A stretch of DNA of 58,913 nucleotides, counting the filler, from Sphacelaria rigidula (taxonomy: Eukaryota), in assembly GCA_964200075.2 (NCBI GenBank). It is 7 parts of 7 records of this genome, joined end to end, with 100 filler letters (N's around TTAATTAATTAA, not from the genome) between each part and the next. Parts side by side here need not be neighbours in the genome. Positions count along the whole stretch, not along the records: positions 42,156 to 50,484 come from CAXNAA020011503.1; positions 50,585 to 58,913 come from CAXNAA020011504.1; 5 more parts are not named here. One strand, 5' to 3'. Shown piece after piece: positions 48,401-58,913 of this stretch. Position 1 is the stretch's first letter; each line of letters opens with the position of its first letter. Made by a program: the position numbers and the translations under genes. Below the pieces are notes generated by a model that was given only the letters and a program-made list of their open reading frames with translations, was not told where the DNA came from and did no database searches.

Positions 48401-50095
48401 GCTTCCAGCGGTCTTCGCTTCGTTTGTATGTTTATCGCGCAGTTTTTTAGTGCGTAGCTGATCTCCGAGGGAGCCAGTTGTGGTGACAAATAGACTGAGT
48501 ATGATGTACACACAGTACCCAAAGGTGAAAAATAAGACGGGAAATTAGTTGCTTCTAGAAGGAACCTCGAGAAGGGGAAGACGAAGGAAGAAATGAAGAA
48601 AGTTGAAAAACAAGAAAACAAAAAAAAAGAGAGTCGAGTATGAAGTAATGTGACATGAAAAAAAAACTTTTTTTTTTTTCGAACGATTTGGTCATCGAAT
48701 TGCTTGTGTTGTCGTGTAACGTTTTATGTGTATAATGTGTCTGTGTGTGCATGTATGTGCGTGTTTGCTCGAAGCACAGGCAGAGGTTGAGGTTTCGTAC
48801 GATAGCGTGATCAACATCGAGACCATGCCGGCTCTTGAGCAGCAAGAGCAGGTATCCTTCCGCGACTTGGGGATTAAAAACGACGTTCTGCTGGCTAACG
48901 TCAAGGCTCTCGGCATCAAGACTCCCACAGATGTGAGATTAGATGTGACGTTTTTATTATTAATTTTTTTCACATCACTGTTTACATGTGTTCTTGACCT
49001 CGTGGGAGCTTCGTTCCATGGGCCGCAATGTGACGCTTGGTTGATGAATGAGCAGTTGATTGGATAAACGGTCGGAGTTGTTTGAAAAAAAAAGTATTTT
49101 TTATGTACTTCCCGCGGGTGCCTCGTGTTTTCTTTTGTGGGTATAGCCCAGGAAAATACTCGGTCCGCTCCAAATACAAGAAAAGGATAAAAAAAAAAGG
49201 AAAAAAAAAACACAAGGAAGACAACAAAAAGCTAGAAATGACGTCTTGTTCCTTTTTTTTTAGGTACCACTACATAGAAGACGATCTTTTTTCAAAAGTG
49301 TCCATGGAAGAATCACCTTGTCACATTTCACCTTTACAGATTTCGTTCTACAATGTTTGGCTTGCTTCTGCGCTGCTTGTGTTCAACAACTCACAGGTCC
49401 AAATTTCCGCTATCCAAGGAGTGGTCTCGCAGGACAAGGATGTCATCATCCACGCCTACACGGGCTCGGGGAAGACACTGGCCTACTTGTTGCCCCTGAT
49501 CGATGCCATGGACCCTCAGAGCAACGGCGTGCAGGTGTATCCTTTGGCTGTCTTCTTTGTACGCGTCACGACCGGTTGTTGTCCTTTACGTCTCTCAGGA
49601 TCCGTTGGTGTCTTCTTCGGCTTCCTCGTCGCCTTCTTCGTCGCTGTCACTGTTGTTGTTGTTGCCTTTGTAGCTGTTATTGTTGTCGGTAATATTATTA
49701 CTGATGATCATGATGATCATGATCATGACTTGTTCTTGTAGCTGTTGTAGCTGTTATTGTTGTTAGTATATTGTTATTATTGATGATGATGATGACGACG
49801 ATGATCGTTGTTATGGTCATCATTATCCCGTTGTCATTGTTGATCATTATCATTGTTGCTATTCTTGTTGTCACTGTATACTTTTCGATTGTTTGATTGT
49901 ACCGCCACCAATTTCAACGCACACTCGACAAAAACAAATCAGGCGGTTGTTGTCGCGCCTGGAAGAGAGCTGGCCAGCCAGATATCATCCGTTTGCGATA
50001 AGCTGATCGAGGGGTTGGGAATCAGGAGTGCCATGATTATCGGAGGCGCCAATGCTCAACGACAAGTGGAAAAGGTCAAGAAGGTCAAGCCCCAG
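42493..50095 (+). CDS. DEAD-box RNA helicase (RH47/ISE1-like, probably organellar), partial; exons 42493-42573, 42924-43015, 44032-44163, 46131-46540, 48780-48932, 49397-49534, 49943-50095
   Basis: Q motif (SFRDLGI...GIKTPTD/VQ), motif I AYTGSGKT, motif Ia variant APGRELASQI, and GG doublet IIGGANAQRQVEKVKK. Splice sites are canonical and phase-consistent; the four acidic/Gly-rich upstream exons are less certain. Confidence 0.88.
43273..43343 (+). mobile_element. Short poly(C)-tailed LINE terminus between C-tracts (intronic)
   Basis: Family terminus sequence with a C-run on both sides. Confidence 0.8.
43621..43986 (+). mobile_element. Longer 3' fragment of the poly(C)-tailed LINE
   Basis: CGKAIDSIAYFVAEYELYK...TLDSGNKTMTILGDGW..., then the family terminus and C-run; collinear with 180-543. 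Confidence 0.75.
44221..44315 (+). mobile_element. Type B LINE terminus, preceded by a C-rich tract
   Basis: cctggtccggcaaaaacccggcg...gcatgcatgaccatgagtaca; the 5' part matches 58641-58685. Confidence 0.6.
45075..45400 (+). mobile_element. tRNA-derived SINE copy with shorter 3' part and (CA)n tail
   Basis: A box tggcgcagttgg, B box ggttcaactct, body homologous to 2098-2400. Confidence 0.85.
45672..45936. mobile_element. MITE, inverted sister of 19932-20199
   Basis: TIR gacactttctacgat ... atcgtaaaaagtgtc; flanks tact/cact (3 of 4 match). Confidence 0.8.
46928..47050. repeat. Imperfect about 120-nt hairpin (intronic)
   Basis: gacccttttggaac...ttgtgaatcggcatcgtttt pairs with aaaatgatgccgaattcacaa...tttccgaagggtc. 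Confidence 0.7.
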
Positions 50096-50396
50096 GTACG
50101 GTGGTAACCCATGGCATTTATGGTATTAGTGTGGATTCTATTTTTTTCTATTTGCCTTTCCCATCTGCTCGAGTATTTTGAAAGGTCGTTCATGTGAGGT
50201 ATTTTTTCACTTTTCCGGGCCGGAAATGAGAATATTTCCAGACTCGCAAAGCAAATTCTGGTAAAACAATCCGACGCTAATTTTTCGGAGAAATCTGCAG
50301 TCACTATTGACTTGATCTATTGCCTGACGTTGCGAAGGGATCCGCTCTTCGATTTTTTCAACAAAATTTGTTGTACCCGAAATACTCGAAGACTTT

Positions 50397-50484
50397 GGGG
50401 GGGGGGGCGTACTCATTTGTTGCTTGCCTTAGTCGTTCGACCATTGACCACGCATCCCTTTCGAAACGGACCGCCGTTCCTAGA
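50397..50484 (-). mobile_element. Poly(C)-tailed LINE terminus, cut by the contig end
   Basis: G-run followed by cgtactcatttgttgcttgccttagtcg... Confidence 0.8.
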
Positions 50485-50584
50485 NNNNNNNNNNNNNNNN
50501 NNNNNNNNNNNNNNNNNNNNNNNNNNNNTTAATTAATTAANNNNNNNNNNNNNNNNNNNNNNNNNNNNNNNNNNNNNNNNNNNN
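50485..50584. other. Artificial contig linker
   Basis: N44-TTAATTAATTAA-N44. Confidence 0.98.
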
Positions 50585-50720
50585 CCGGTTTTTTAGGGTT
50601 TGGGGGTAAATGGTTTGTTGACTTTGAACTGCATTATAAAAAATACCCCCCCCCCCCCCCCCCGCCCGAGCCTTCATTTCAACCGTCGTTTTGTTGTTTC
50701 CTGTGATTTTTTTGCTTCAG

Positions 50721-52648
50721 AGGAGTGTACTACTGGCAAAACGCATCTCGGAATGACAAGGCCAAGGTACGCCTCGAAACGTCGGACGACGACTCATTAA
50801 CGGAGCTCTACATCACGGGGGTGAGTCGTTCTTTGTTCGTACGAAGCACGGGTACGTGTTCACACAGATGCAATTGTGGCGGAGCACCGCATGAGATGAT
50901 GCCTGACGCGTGCTGCTTTCACAGGCGGACATTTATCTCCCGCCGGAGGGTACATAAAGGCGCCACATCGTAGAGAGCCTGTAAAGGGTCGCCACAGGGT
51001 TGTAAGAGGGTTCTTGACCTTGTAGAGGGTCGCCGCAGAATCTCTTACTTCGGAAGGTGCTCCGATGTTGTAGCAAAGTGTCTATCTGTGTTCCCACGGA
51101 AGCTCGCAGCGAGAAAGCGTATCAACCGGGTGATATAGAGGAAACCCTGTTCGCTTGAAACAGTAGGCAATTGAAGACTGTGCACAAGTCAGTAAGCGGA
51201 ACTCATGTCGTTTGCATTGATTGCGATCGTATGTAGCTTCGGGTTTGGAACCGAACCAGACGAGTCGTGCTGCTGGTGGCGGTAGTATTGCTGTTGTGCT
51301 AGACATTCGGGTAGAACCAGCGAAATGGGCAAGGAGGCTGGACCACCAGTTGCCCCGTGTTACCTTGACTGTTATTTCTGCACCCCGGTGGTTACCGTAG
51401 TGGATCGACGCTAGTCGGACCAGATTTTATCGGGCCAAATCTACACACTGATTTGATTGAGTAATTGCTGCACTTGAACGGACCCCGCAGGGATCCAGCC
51501 GTGGTCACAAAGAGCACCCCAGCGCGCAACCTAGCTGTAGCCTTCTTTATATTCACGCGTCCTTCTTTTTGGTCTGCTTCGCCTTCTTATTTCACCGGCG
51601 AGCTTTTTCTTCTGTTCCGATTTTTCTTTGGGACGTCTGTCCTGGTTCTTGCCCTGTCTTGTAGTCTCGCGGGGAGGGTGCAGCCTTCCCAGCCCGCGTC
51701 GTGCGCTATCTCTAGTCCGCTTGGTACTTACACGTGCCTCATCTCCATCAACGTGCTTTTCATGACAGTGTCCCAACGCCGGGTAAAATGCTGCAGCTGC
51801 GGGATTCAATTTCGTTCCCTGTCTAGGGTAGAACTCCGGAGCTGCAGGAATGAGCCTGGACGCCCGCACTGTCTGCATGACCCACTACCTAGACTGTGTG
51901 TTGCCTCACGACTGACACGAAACACGGTCGAGCCAGTAGATCAGGTTACTCTACCCTACTCAGTTGGTTGTGTAGTCGATGGGGTTAGCTTACCCCGACA
52001 CAACCAACCCTAGTCGGGTGGCGGTCGGGGGTATAGGGTAGAACGACGGAGTTTGCAGGAGTAGAAGAATTGCGATGAAAACTGAGGGGATGCGTTTGTG
52101 TTGATCCCAATGCTGGATGGTTATATGCAGGACAAGAACGGGGTAGGACGGAGTTGATTAAAAGGGGGGAAAGGGTCCCGTTTGGAGGGAGGCAAGGGGG
52201 GAGTGTTGAAATTGCAAAAAAACAAAATCAAAGAAACCTTTGTACTCTTGACAGTCTCGTGATGATGAATAATCCGCTTGGAATCACCAGGGAGAGGACC
52301 GACATTCCAACAGAAAAATGGGTGGTTTTTCTTGGCTCGCCTGAAACCCACACGCGCGTGACGAACTGGAGCACAGTAGGCACCCGACCTGTTTGAGTGT
52401 GATGCGTCACTGTCTTCACGGGATTTTCGCTTTTCCGCGTGCCCGATCAGGCGGAGGAGGAATTGGATCGCTTGTCGAAGACCATGGGGTATATGGAGAA
52501 GGGCAAAATCCGCGTTAAGGGAATCCTAGAAGGAGAAACCATGCCGCCTCCAGTAGTGGCGCCTGAGGTGGCCGCGGCGGCGCCTGAGGGGATGGGGGTA
52601 GAAGGAGCAGCGGCACAGGCACCAACACCCCAGGAGACGGAAGCATGA
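50721..52648 (+). CDS. CCB1: Cofactor assembly of complex C subunit B CCB1 (cytochrome b6f heme ci attachment), last two exons 50721-50820 and 52451-52648
   Basis: GVYYWQNASRNDKAKVRLETSDDDSLTELYITG/AEEELDRLSKTMGYMEKGKIRVKGILE matches, from recall, the CCB1 C-terminal pattern YYW..ASR.E..KV...EKG...VKGI; canonical splice sites. Confidence 0.8.
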
Positions 52649-53880
52649 TTGTCGTTGGGAATTAAGGTTGTGAACGAAGTTAATACATAGGGTACTCATT
52701 CAGTAAAAATGCTTGCATGTTGCGCCCACCCTGACGTGTAGGCAATGAGGATGTTGATATTGGGCACACAAAGGTGCTTTCGTCTGAGGGATGTACCGTG
52801 AGCAGATGAGGGTCGGCACACCTACCACAGACGATTCAGATGGTTTGCCCCGGAATGTCCGCGAGCAATCGAGCTGTATTGTGAAGTGTGCTAGAGGAGT
52901 TGCGGGCGGCATTTTGGAGCACGCGTGTTTGATGCATTTTGCTTTTGTTCCCATTTCCATTGTCGTTTTCAAGGCTATAGCGGGACCGAATGCAAGGACC
53001 TTTTCGCCAGATTGAATGTGAGCTTTTGATAGCACGACGATGTTTGATGCGCTCCATTAATAGATAGAACACTAGCATGTCTGAATGTCACGTGTAAATG
53101 ATGCCGACACAACAGATCACCGACCCCAGCGGTCAAAGGGCTAGCACTGGTGACGTTCGCGGAACAATTTGAAATCGCAGTCGTTCACCATACGCGTGTT
53201 CATTCGGAACGATGCGTTTTGTAAAATGGACATTTGAAGGGGAAACATGGTGTCAACTATGAGAACATTCCTCTCATTAGTGCGTCGTTGTACATCGAGC
53301 AGGTTTCCATTGTACGTTGCACACAATGCTCTGCATTCTAAGAATGTTTGTTATTACTATTAATGTTGAATGCAAGTGTAAGGTATTGAAATTGCCGCGA
53401 TTCCCAAGACTGCGACGTTGGTGTTTCTTTGATTTCGGATAACATATCCAACGACGAACTCTCCGGAATGGTGAAACTTCGACGGCCAAGGTTCATCGTT
53501 TGGGTTACGCTGTCACTTTTCAAGTACAAAAATGCCGATTACGGGAATCGACACGTTCGTTCGGCGTTTTTTGTCCCCCGTTGTGGAGTCGGCGTTATTT
53601 TCACGTCAAAATGGACTGAAAAGCCCACACTCGATCAAATACTAGACGCTCAACCAGGCGAAATAGTTGTTTTACCCATGTTACTTTCAGTTAGACGTGT
53701 GTCCTCGTGTTACGGGCCTCGGTAATTCATATTTACTAGTCCTGGGAAGAGATGGATTGATCCCTTCGTACCGCGGACTCGTCCCGAGGAAGTGGAGGGG
53801 CCGCAAGTGTGAAGAGGGGGGGGGGGGGGGGGGGGGATATATTTTTTTTTTTCTTAGGTATTTTGAGCAATNNNNNNNNN

Positions 53881-53999
53881 GGGGTGGGGGGGGGGGGGGG
53901 GGGGGGGGGTGGGGGGGGTGGGGGGGGGTTTGGGCTTACTCATTTGTTGCTTGCCTAAGTCATTTGACCATTGACCACGCATCCCTTTCGAGACGGAGC
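53881..53999 (-). mobile_element. Poly(C)-tailed LINE terminus with about 18-bp TSD
   Basis: aagtgtgaagaggggggg is present at 53805-53822 and 54001-54018; the interval includes G-runs and a short N-run. Confidence 0.75.
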
Positions 54000-54047
54000 A
54001 AAGTGTGAAGAGGGGGGGAAATGTCTGCCCTGCTGTCCTCAATACTG

Positions 54048-54615
54048 TATGAGTCAGGTCGGCCAATAAATTCGCCCTCCTTCGGCACATGATAAATTTC
54101 ACCGTTTTCAGTTTCCCGAAACAGCCCGACTTGAGTATATCGCCGTGAACTGCAGACCAACCTGGTGATAGAACGCTCTGCAGGGGGGAAAACATGTACT
54201 GCATGCGAAGTGACCACAACGACGTCGCCACCTCTGCTGAACAAGAAGTGTCTGTCCTGATTCGAACTCATGACCTTCCGCCCCAAAGTCCATGTACCAA
54301 GTGAGGCAATCGGATGCAGCGGTGTCAAACAAAAAGTGGAACAAGTCACCCACTTTTGCGAGTTTTGAGCCAAAAGTTTTCACGGTAAGTAAATGAAAAT
54401 GTTGTCACGGAAGCGGTCGGAGTTTTCGGTTCTTTCATCAACTTTTATGACATTTTTTTTTCCCGGAAATTTCAAGTCGTTTTTCTTCACTGATTTCGCC
54501 ACCTTCTGAAATATGATACCACGAATCTCGAATCAACATCCCAGCTTTTGACTAAAAAAAATGAGCAAGGCAAAAGTAGTCAACCACCAATGTACATTGG
54601 CTGGCCCAGCTTGTA
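54048..54615. mobile_element. MITE, sister of 4746-5346
   Basis: Right end ttggctggcccagcttgta; left end tatgagtcaggtcggccaat differs from the expected TIR only by transitions; TA at both ends. Confidence 0.65.
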
Positions 54616-54862
54616 GGCGACTTGAGCGTTGCGACTTAATGCCAACATGCTCCGTGATTCGACCTGCAGGGTTCCAACCCGCTACAAATGCAGGGTATTG
54701 TATAGAGAAGTTTAGTCTTATCGCTCATACACTCCACAACACAGACCGGGCACTCCGTTCTACTTGAAGCAGAATATAGCCGCATCTCCACTGTATCACA
54801 AGTACGGTGTACGTTTCATTTACGTGACGTTCCAATTTACTGTTGTAGGAAGGGGAAAATCC

Positions 54863-55433
54863 TAGAGTTGTGAACTGGTTTCGCTAATCAGTTAACTGGT
54901 TGCAGAAAATTATAACCAGTTACAGGTACCAGTTAAAACTGAATAACTGGCGGAGTCGCCTAAACGGCCCCCTCCGGCTGATGAGGGGCCCCCGCTGGAG
55001 GCGCCGCCGGAGGCAAGAAAATTATGCCATTTGGCTTCACATCTCTTCAAAATCGCGGTAAATTCTAGCTGCCTAGCACCAGCAATTCGAGCGCGTCATC
55101 AGTGCACAAAAGTAGATATGCATGGGGGAAAAAAATATCTGAGCTTTGCGACGTGACTTCAAAAGGCGACGCGGTGAGACAATAGTGCACCGTACATAGC
55201 GTCTAGGTAGATGCGCTGTGCTGTCATGTCGCCTTTGGAACAGCATCCCCACGGTCGCTGTAATACGACAATACTTCGGAAATATTCATGTGAGTATGAC
55301 ACATATTTACACATAACGCTTTGGAGTATGATACATGTGTCGGGTAAAAAAATTGCTTCAACTGGTTACGGAAGCGATCAGTTAACCAGTTGTACCAGTG
55401 ACCAGTTAAACTGGCAGCCAGTTCACAACTCTA
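54863..55433. mobile_element. hAT-type MITE
   Basis: Perfect 16-bp TIR tagagttgtgaactgg / ccagttcacaactcta; 8-bp flanks gaaaatcc / ggaattcc (6 of 8 match); subterminal aactgg/ccagtt repeats. Confidence 0.85.
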
Positions 55434-55873
55434 GGAATTCCCCTTGATCGGGCGAGCCAGGATTTTCACGTGTTACGCTTCAGAGCATACTTTGTGTATC
55501 TTCCTCTAGAAAGTTGCACACAGAGCTGCACTGAATGGTGTTTATCATGTCCTCTCGTCAACGCTACGGAGAAACTGTACGAGGAGCCCTTCACAGAACA
55601 GCTGAACACATGTCTCATCCACGGCATCATATATGACTCCTCTACCCGATACATCATAAACGGCGCTTCTAGTAAGAATCATGCTGTCCCGTATTGCAAA
55701 TGAAACAGAGCGATTGATTGAGATTAGTCGCGTTTTCTCCAACCCAATATGCATTCCAGTACACAGTAAAAGAGACATCCTTCACAACGCTAACGCTGTC
55801 AGAAATCAGCAACGACATTTATGCCGTCTTGTACATCAGTACACATGCTCCGCGTGAAGAATCAACTCCTGCG

Positions 55874-57036
55874 CTAGTGCTCTCCAGTGTCAACAGCTAT
55901 CTTTTCCCGATTCTTCCTGTCCGCCATCTTGGTCTTGAACATACTCATCGCCTCGGCCCACGCGGATTGATGATTACTGCTGTTTGACCTCCCCTTGATC
56001 GCCGACACGTCGATCTCGGGTTCCCCCTTCAGCAACGATTTCCACCATACCACGGCGTTCGGTATAGGGCAGTGTTTTTTCAGCGTTATCTCGATCCCCC
56101 TGCTACTTGAACTTGACGTCCCGCCATTAGTCCGGCTTCCCGCTTCAATCCCACCTCTCGCGCCGCCAATACCACCACTGACACCGGTAGTTAGCAGCAC
56201 ATCATCAGATTTTTCCCCTTGCCTTTCTGCTTTTACAACTGCCTCTGGCGGTTCGCCTGTGGCCCCCACTTCAAGAAGTTCACGTGCACCAGAACTTCCA
56301 TTCGCTGCTACCGAGGGTCCGGGCCAGTGATGGCAGTTGGACACCCGCGTACCTGGGAAATCCTTTAATTCCCAGTCGACCCCGCCTTCTTCGAGGGCTG
56401 CTTGGAAACGAAGCTCGCCGTCCAACAGCACCAACAAGTCTTCATTTTTTTCCATGTTTCGGCTAGTTGTGGTTGACGGACTAGAGGCGGGCCGGTATTC
56501 TGTTGTGTTTGTGCTCATCTCCAGGCCACACCCACCACCACCACTTCCAGCACCAACACGATATTCGTTGTTGCCTACTGTTGCGCCTGCGCTGATTCCT
56601 TCTCCCGCTATATTCAATTTGCTTTCAACCGTCACGCGGATTAACTCAGCAACACCTATCGCCACCGTATCCTGCTTCGCCCTCATATCAATTCTCACAT
56701 CTGCCGCGCGCGTCCCCGCCGGCGCGGGAATGACCACGACCACCTCGTTCCGAGACTGTCGCCAGACGTATCGCAATCTCCCGTGCTCGGCGGCGGCGCT
56801 CCCGGGGTTACTATGGGCACCATCGTCTTTGCTGTGTGAGAAAATTTCCGCTCCGTTTTCGGCAAGGTCTGCGTCCGTGATCGGTGCCCGTCGTTTTTGC
56901 TGGGATGTCTCACCTGACGGTGGTGCCACTGGTGCTGTTGGTCTTGTGCCTACGCGTTCGTTCGTCGTCGGCGCCACCGTGGCGCCATCTCCTTGTCCTG
57001 TAGCGGCAGCAGGAGCGGCGGCGGTTGCGGCTTCGC
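55874..57036 (-). CDS. NudC/p23-like CS-domain protein, terminal exon
   Basis: YVWRQSRNEVVVVIPAPAGTRAADVRID...LLDGEL...VDWELKD...IEITLKK...WWKSLLKGEPEIDVS; pyrimidine-rich acceptor ...gaccag| at 57037; stop at 55874. Confidence 0.85.
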
Positions 57037-57805
57037 CTGGTCGCCGCGTGAGGAAAGGAGCAAGACGAGTACCACGATTACGAAATGGTGGTAAAGTAAC
57101 TCGTGTAGCAGTAGGTCGTGTTATCCAATATAACCAAGACAAACCTGTACCGTTATACCGCATCCAGACTATTACAGCAGGGCCACGCCTCACTCGAATA
57201 CATCGTACGTTATCTTCCGACCCATGCGTCTGCTTTTTAGATGCCTATGACAGTACAATGCAGCACGATCTCGTACAGCACAGGGCACGGGGATAGATGG
57301 GAACGCTACACGCAAGAACCGCGCAGAGTACACACTGTGGAAACACTCACGTGCAAGGGACCCTTCGCGTGCGGCGAACACGCGGGCGATGGTGTGAAAG
57401 TGTTGCCATACGTCGGTGATTCATCGCGTATCAAATTAGTCCAAAACTATGCCGCAAAAGTCAGCGCCTGGCTCGTGCAGTATTTGAAACTTAAACAGCT
57501 GATCGACTGGGTGGGGGTGTTGTGCAGGATTGGCATCATTTTTACTTGAAAAATGTATGCAGGATCCTTGCGACCCGCCGTGGCGGTCAAACGTCCAAGT
57601 GCCGACATCACCCTGTCGGCCTAGTCAACAAAAATCATGAACGAACATTACCTCTGGGAGTGTGAAAATTCGATTTGTGATATCCACTGCGAGCCCCGCA
57701 TGGGCTTGCCATCACACTGGAGGAGTACTTCTTTCATGCCCTAGTCGAATGTTCGTCGAATACACAGTTCCATATCAGGAGCTGTTGTTTCAACCCCGGA
57801 ATCCG

Positions 57806-57944
57806 TACACTGTAAATACTTCCACTGGTAGTAAAATGATGAGAACGAGATTTTCGAATGAACAAAACTAGCGCTATACACTGTAAATACTTCCACTGGT
57901 AGCAAAATGATGAGAACGAGATTTTCGAATGAATGAAACTAGCG
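57806..57944. repeat. Recent 71-bp tandem duplication
   Basis: tacactgtaaatacttccactggtag...aaactagcg starts at 57806 and 57877 with few mismatches. Confidence 0.92.
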
Positions 57945-58548
57945 TTGAGTTACAGATTATTTGGTAGAGAGTCCGTCTAGAACGATAGCTCGAAGCTCAT
58001 AAAAATAGCTGATGCTGGGCCCGGCACCGCCGCTGAATTTCGGCGCTTCTTGCTACCCAAACCTTCACTTCGAACTTGCGACTGATCGATCGCCATCATA
58101 CCCACGCTACTTCTTGCCATTGCTCCTTCATTTGTCCATCATTTCGCCAGCTGAGGATATGAATTTTGTGTGTGCTACACAGCGAAAGATGTTGGTGTCA
58201 TGCCGTTGAAGATTTGCACTACCCGGTGAATGCAACACCAACCGCTGCATGATAATGTGCGGGATATGTACCCTATATCAGAAAGGGATAAGGACGCCGC
58301 AGTAGTGTTTACCCTCCACTATGGAGCAATGCATCGGTTGATCCTGGCAGTTCTTCTCGTGCTGCAGTGTCCTTCCTTTGCACTACAACTGGTCTAAGTG
58401 AAAGTAGTCAGAGTTGTACAATATTTTGCACGTACCCATCTTAGCTTCTCGCGAGAAGGTTCACCAAGAATTCACCAACCACCTCCCCCACGAGGATGTG
58501 ATTTGAACCCCGGTCCATTTCCCTACCCTCGTACCTACCCTTATCCTC

Positions 58549-58685
58549 GTGCTGCGTCTCGAAAGGGATGCGTGGTCAATGGTCATACGACTAAGGCAAG
58601 CAACAAATGAGTACACCCCCCCTCCCCTCCCCCCCTCATCCCTGGTCCGGCGAGAACCCGGCGTTCTCCGTCCCGGCTTTGTAGG
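58549..58685 (+). mobile_element. Type A LINE terminus plus C-tract, directly followed by a type B fragment
   Basis: AASRKGCVVNGHTTKASNK*, then gtacacccccctcccc..., then cctggtccggcgagaacccggcg. Confidence 0.75.
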
Positions 58686-58913
58686 AGCGGACCCCCGATG
58701 GGGTTGGCGTCGCTTGGCGATGACGCTATAAAACACGCCACTCACTAGGGAAGCTAGGCAACCAGGTTACTGTTTTTTTTCAGCGCGCTTGCGTTTTTTT
58801 TGCGGTAACCATGATGGTAGTAGAGCTAGATTATGTTGTGCGGAGTGGGAAAACCTTAACTCCGCACAGTGGGGATGATCGTACCACGTAGTGTTTAAAT
58901 GGTGAGGCACCCA

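Noticed and set aside
49943-52648. Single gene fusing DEAD helicase and CCB1 exons
   Set aside because: Separated by an artificial linker between unrelated contigs
56337-57296. 319-aa plus-strand ORF
   Set aside because: Antisense shadow of the CS-domain exon

Overview
Eukaryotic, intron-rich, repeat-rich genomic DNA. It is most likely from a brown alga or related photosynthetic stramenopile; this is inferred from short exons in kb-long introns, a plastid CCB1 gene and the repeat families. The window is not contiguous. It is seven contigs of almost identical, decreasing length (8332, 8331, 8331, 8331, 8330, 8329, 8329 bp) joined by artificial 100-nt N44-TTAATTAATTAA-N44 linkers, so nothing can be inferred across the linkers. 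Partial spliced genes: a secreted discoidin/CBM32-domain protein (first exon), an unknown minus-strand multi-exon gene, the 3' part of a cyclopropane-fatty-acyl-phospholipid synthase, the 5' part of an RH47-like DEAD-box helicase, the last two exons of CCB1, and the last exon of a NudC/CS-domain protein. The rest is mobile DNA: two decayed Ty3/gypsy elements, RTE-like LINE remnants, a tRNA-derived (CA)n-tailed SINE (4 copies), and many MITE/foldback elements. The most unusual signal is an abundant non-LTR retrotransposon family whose ORF stop is followed after about 5 nt by poly(C) instead of poly(A). Its target-site duplications begin in C-tracts, suggesting a C-tailed LINE that targets C/G homopolymers and stacks into its own tails.
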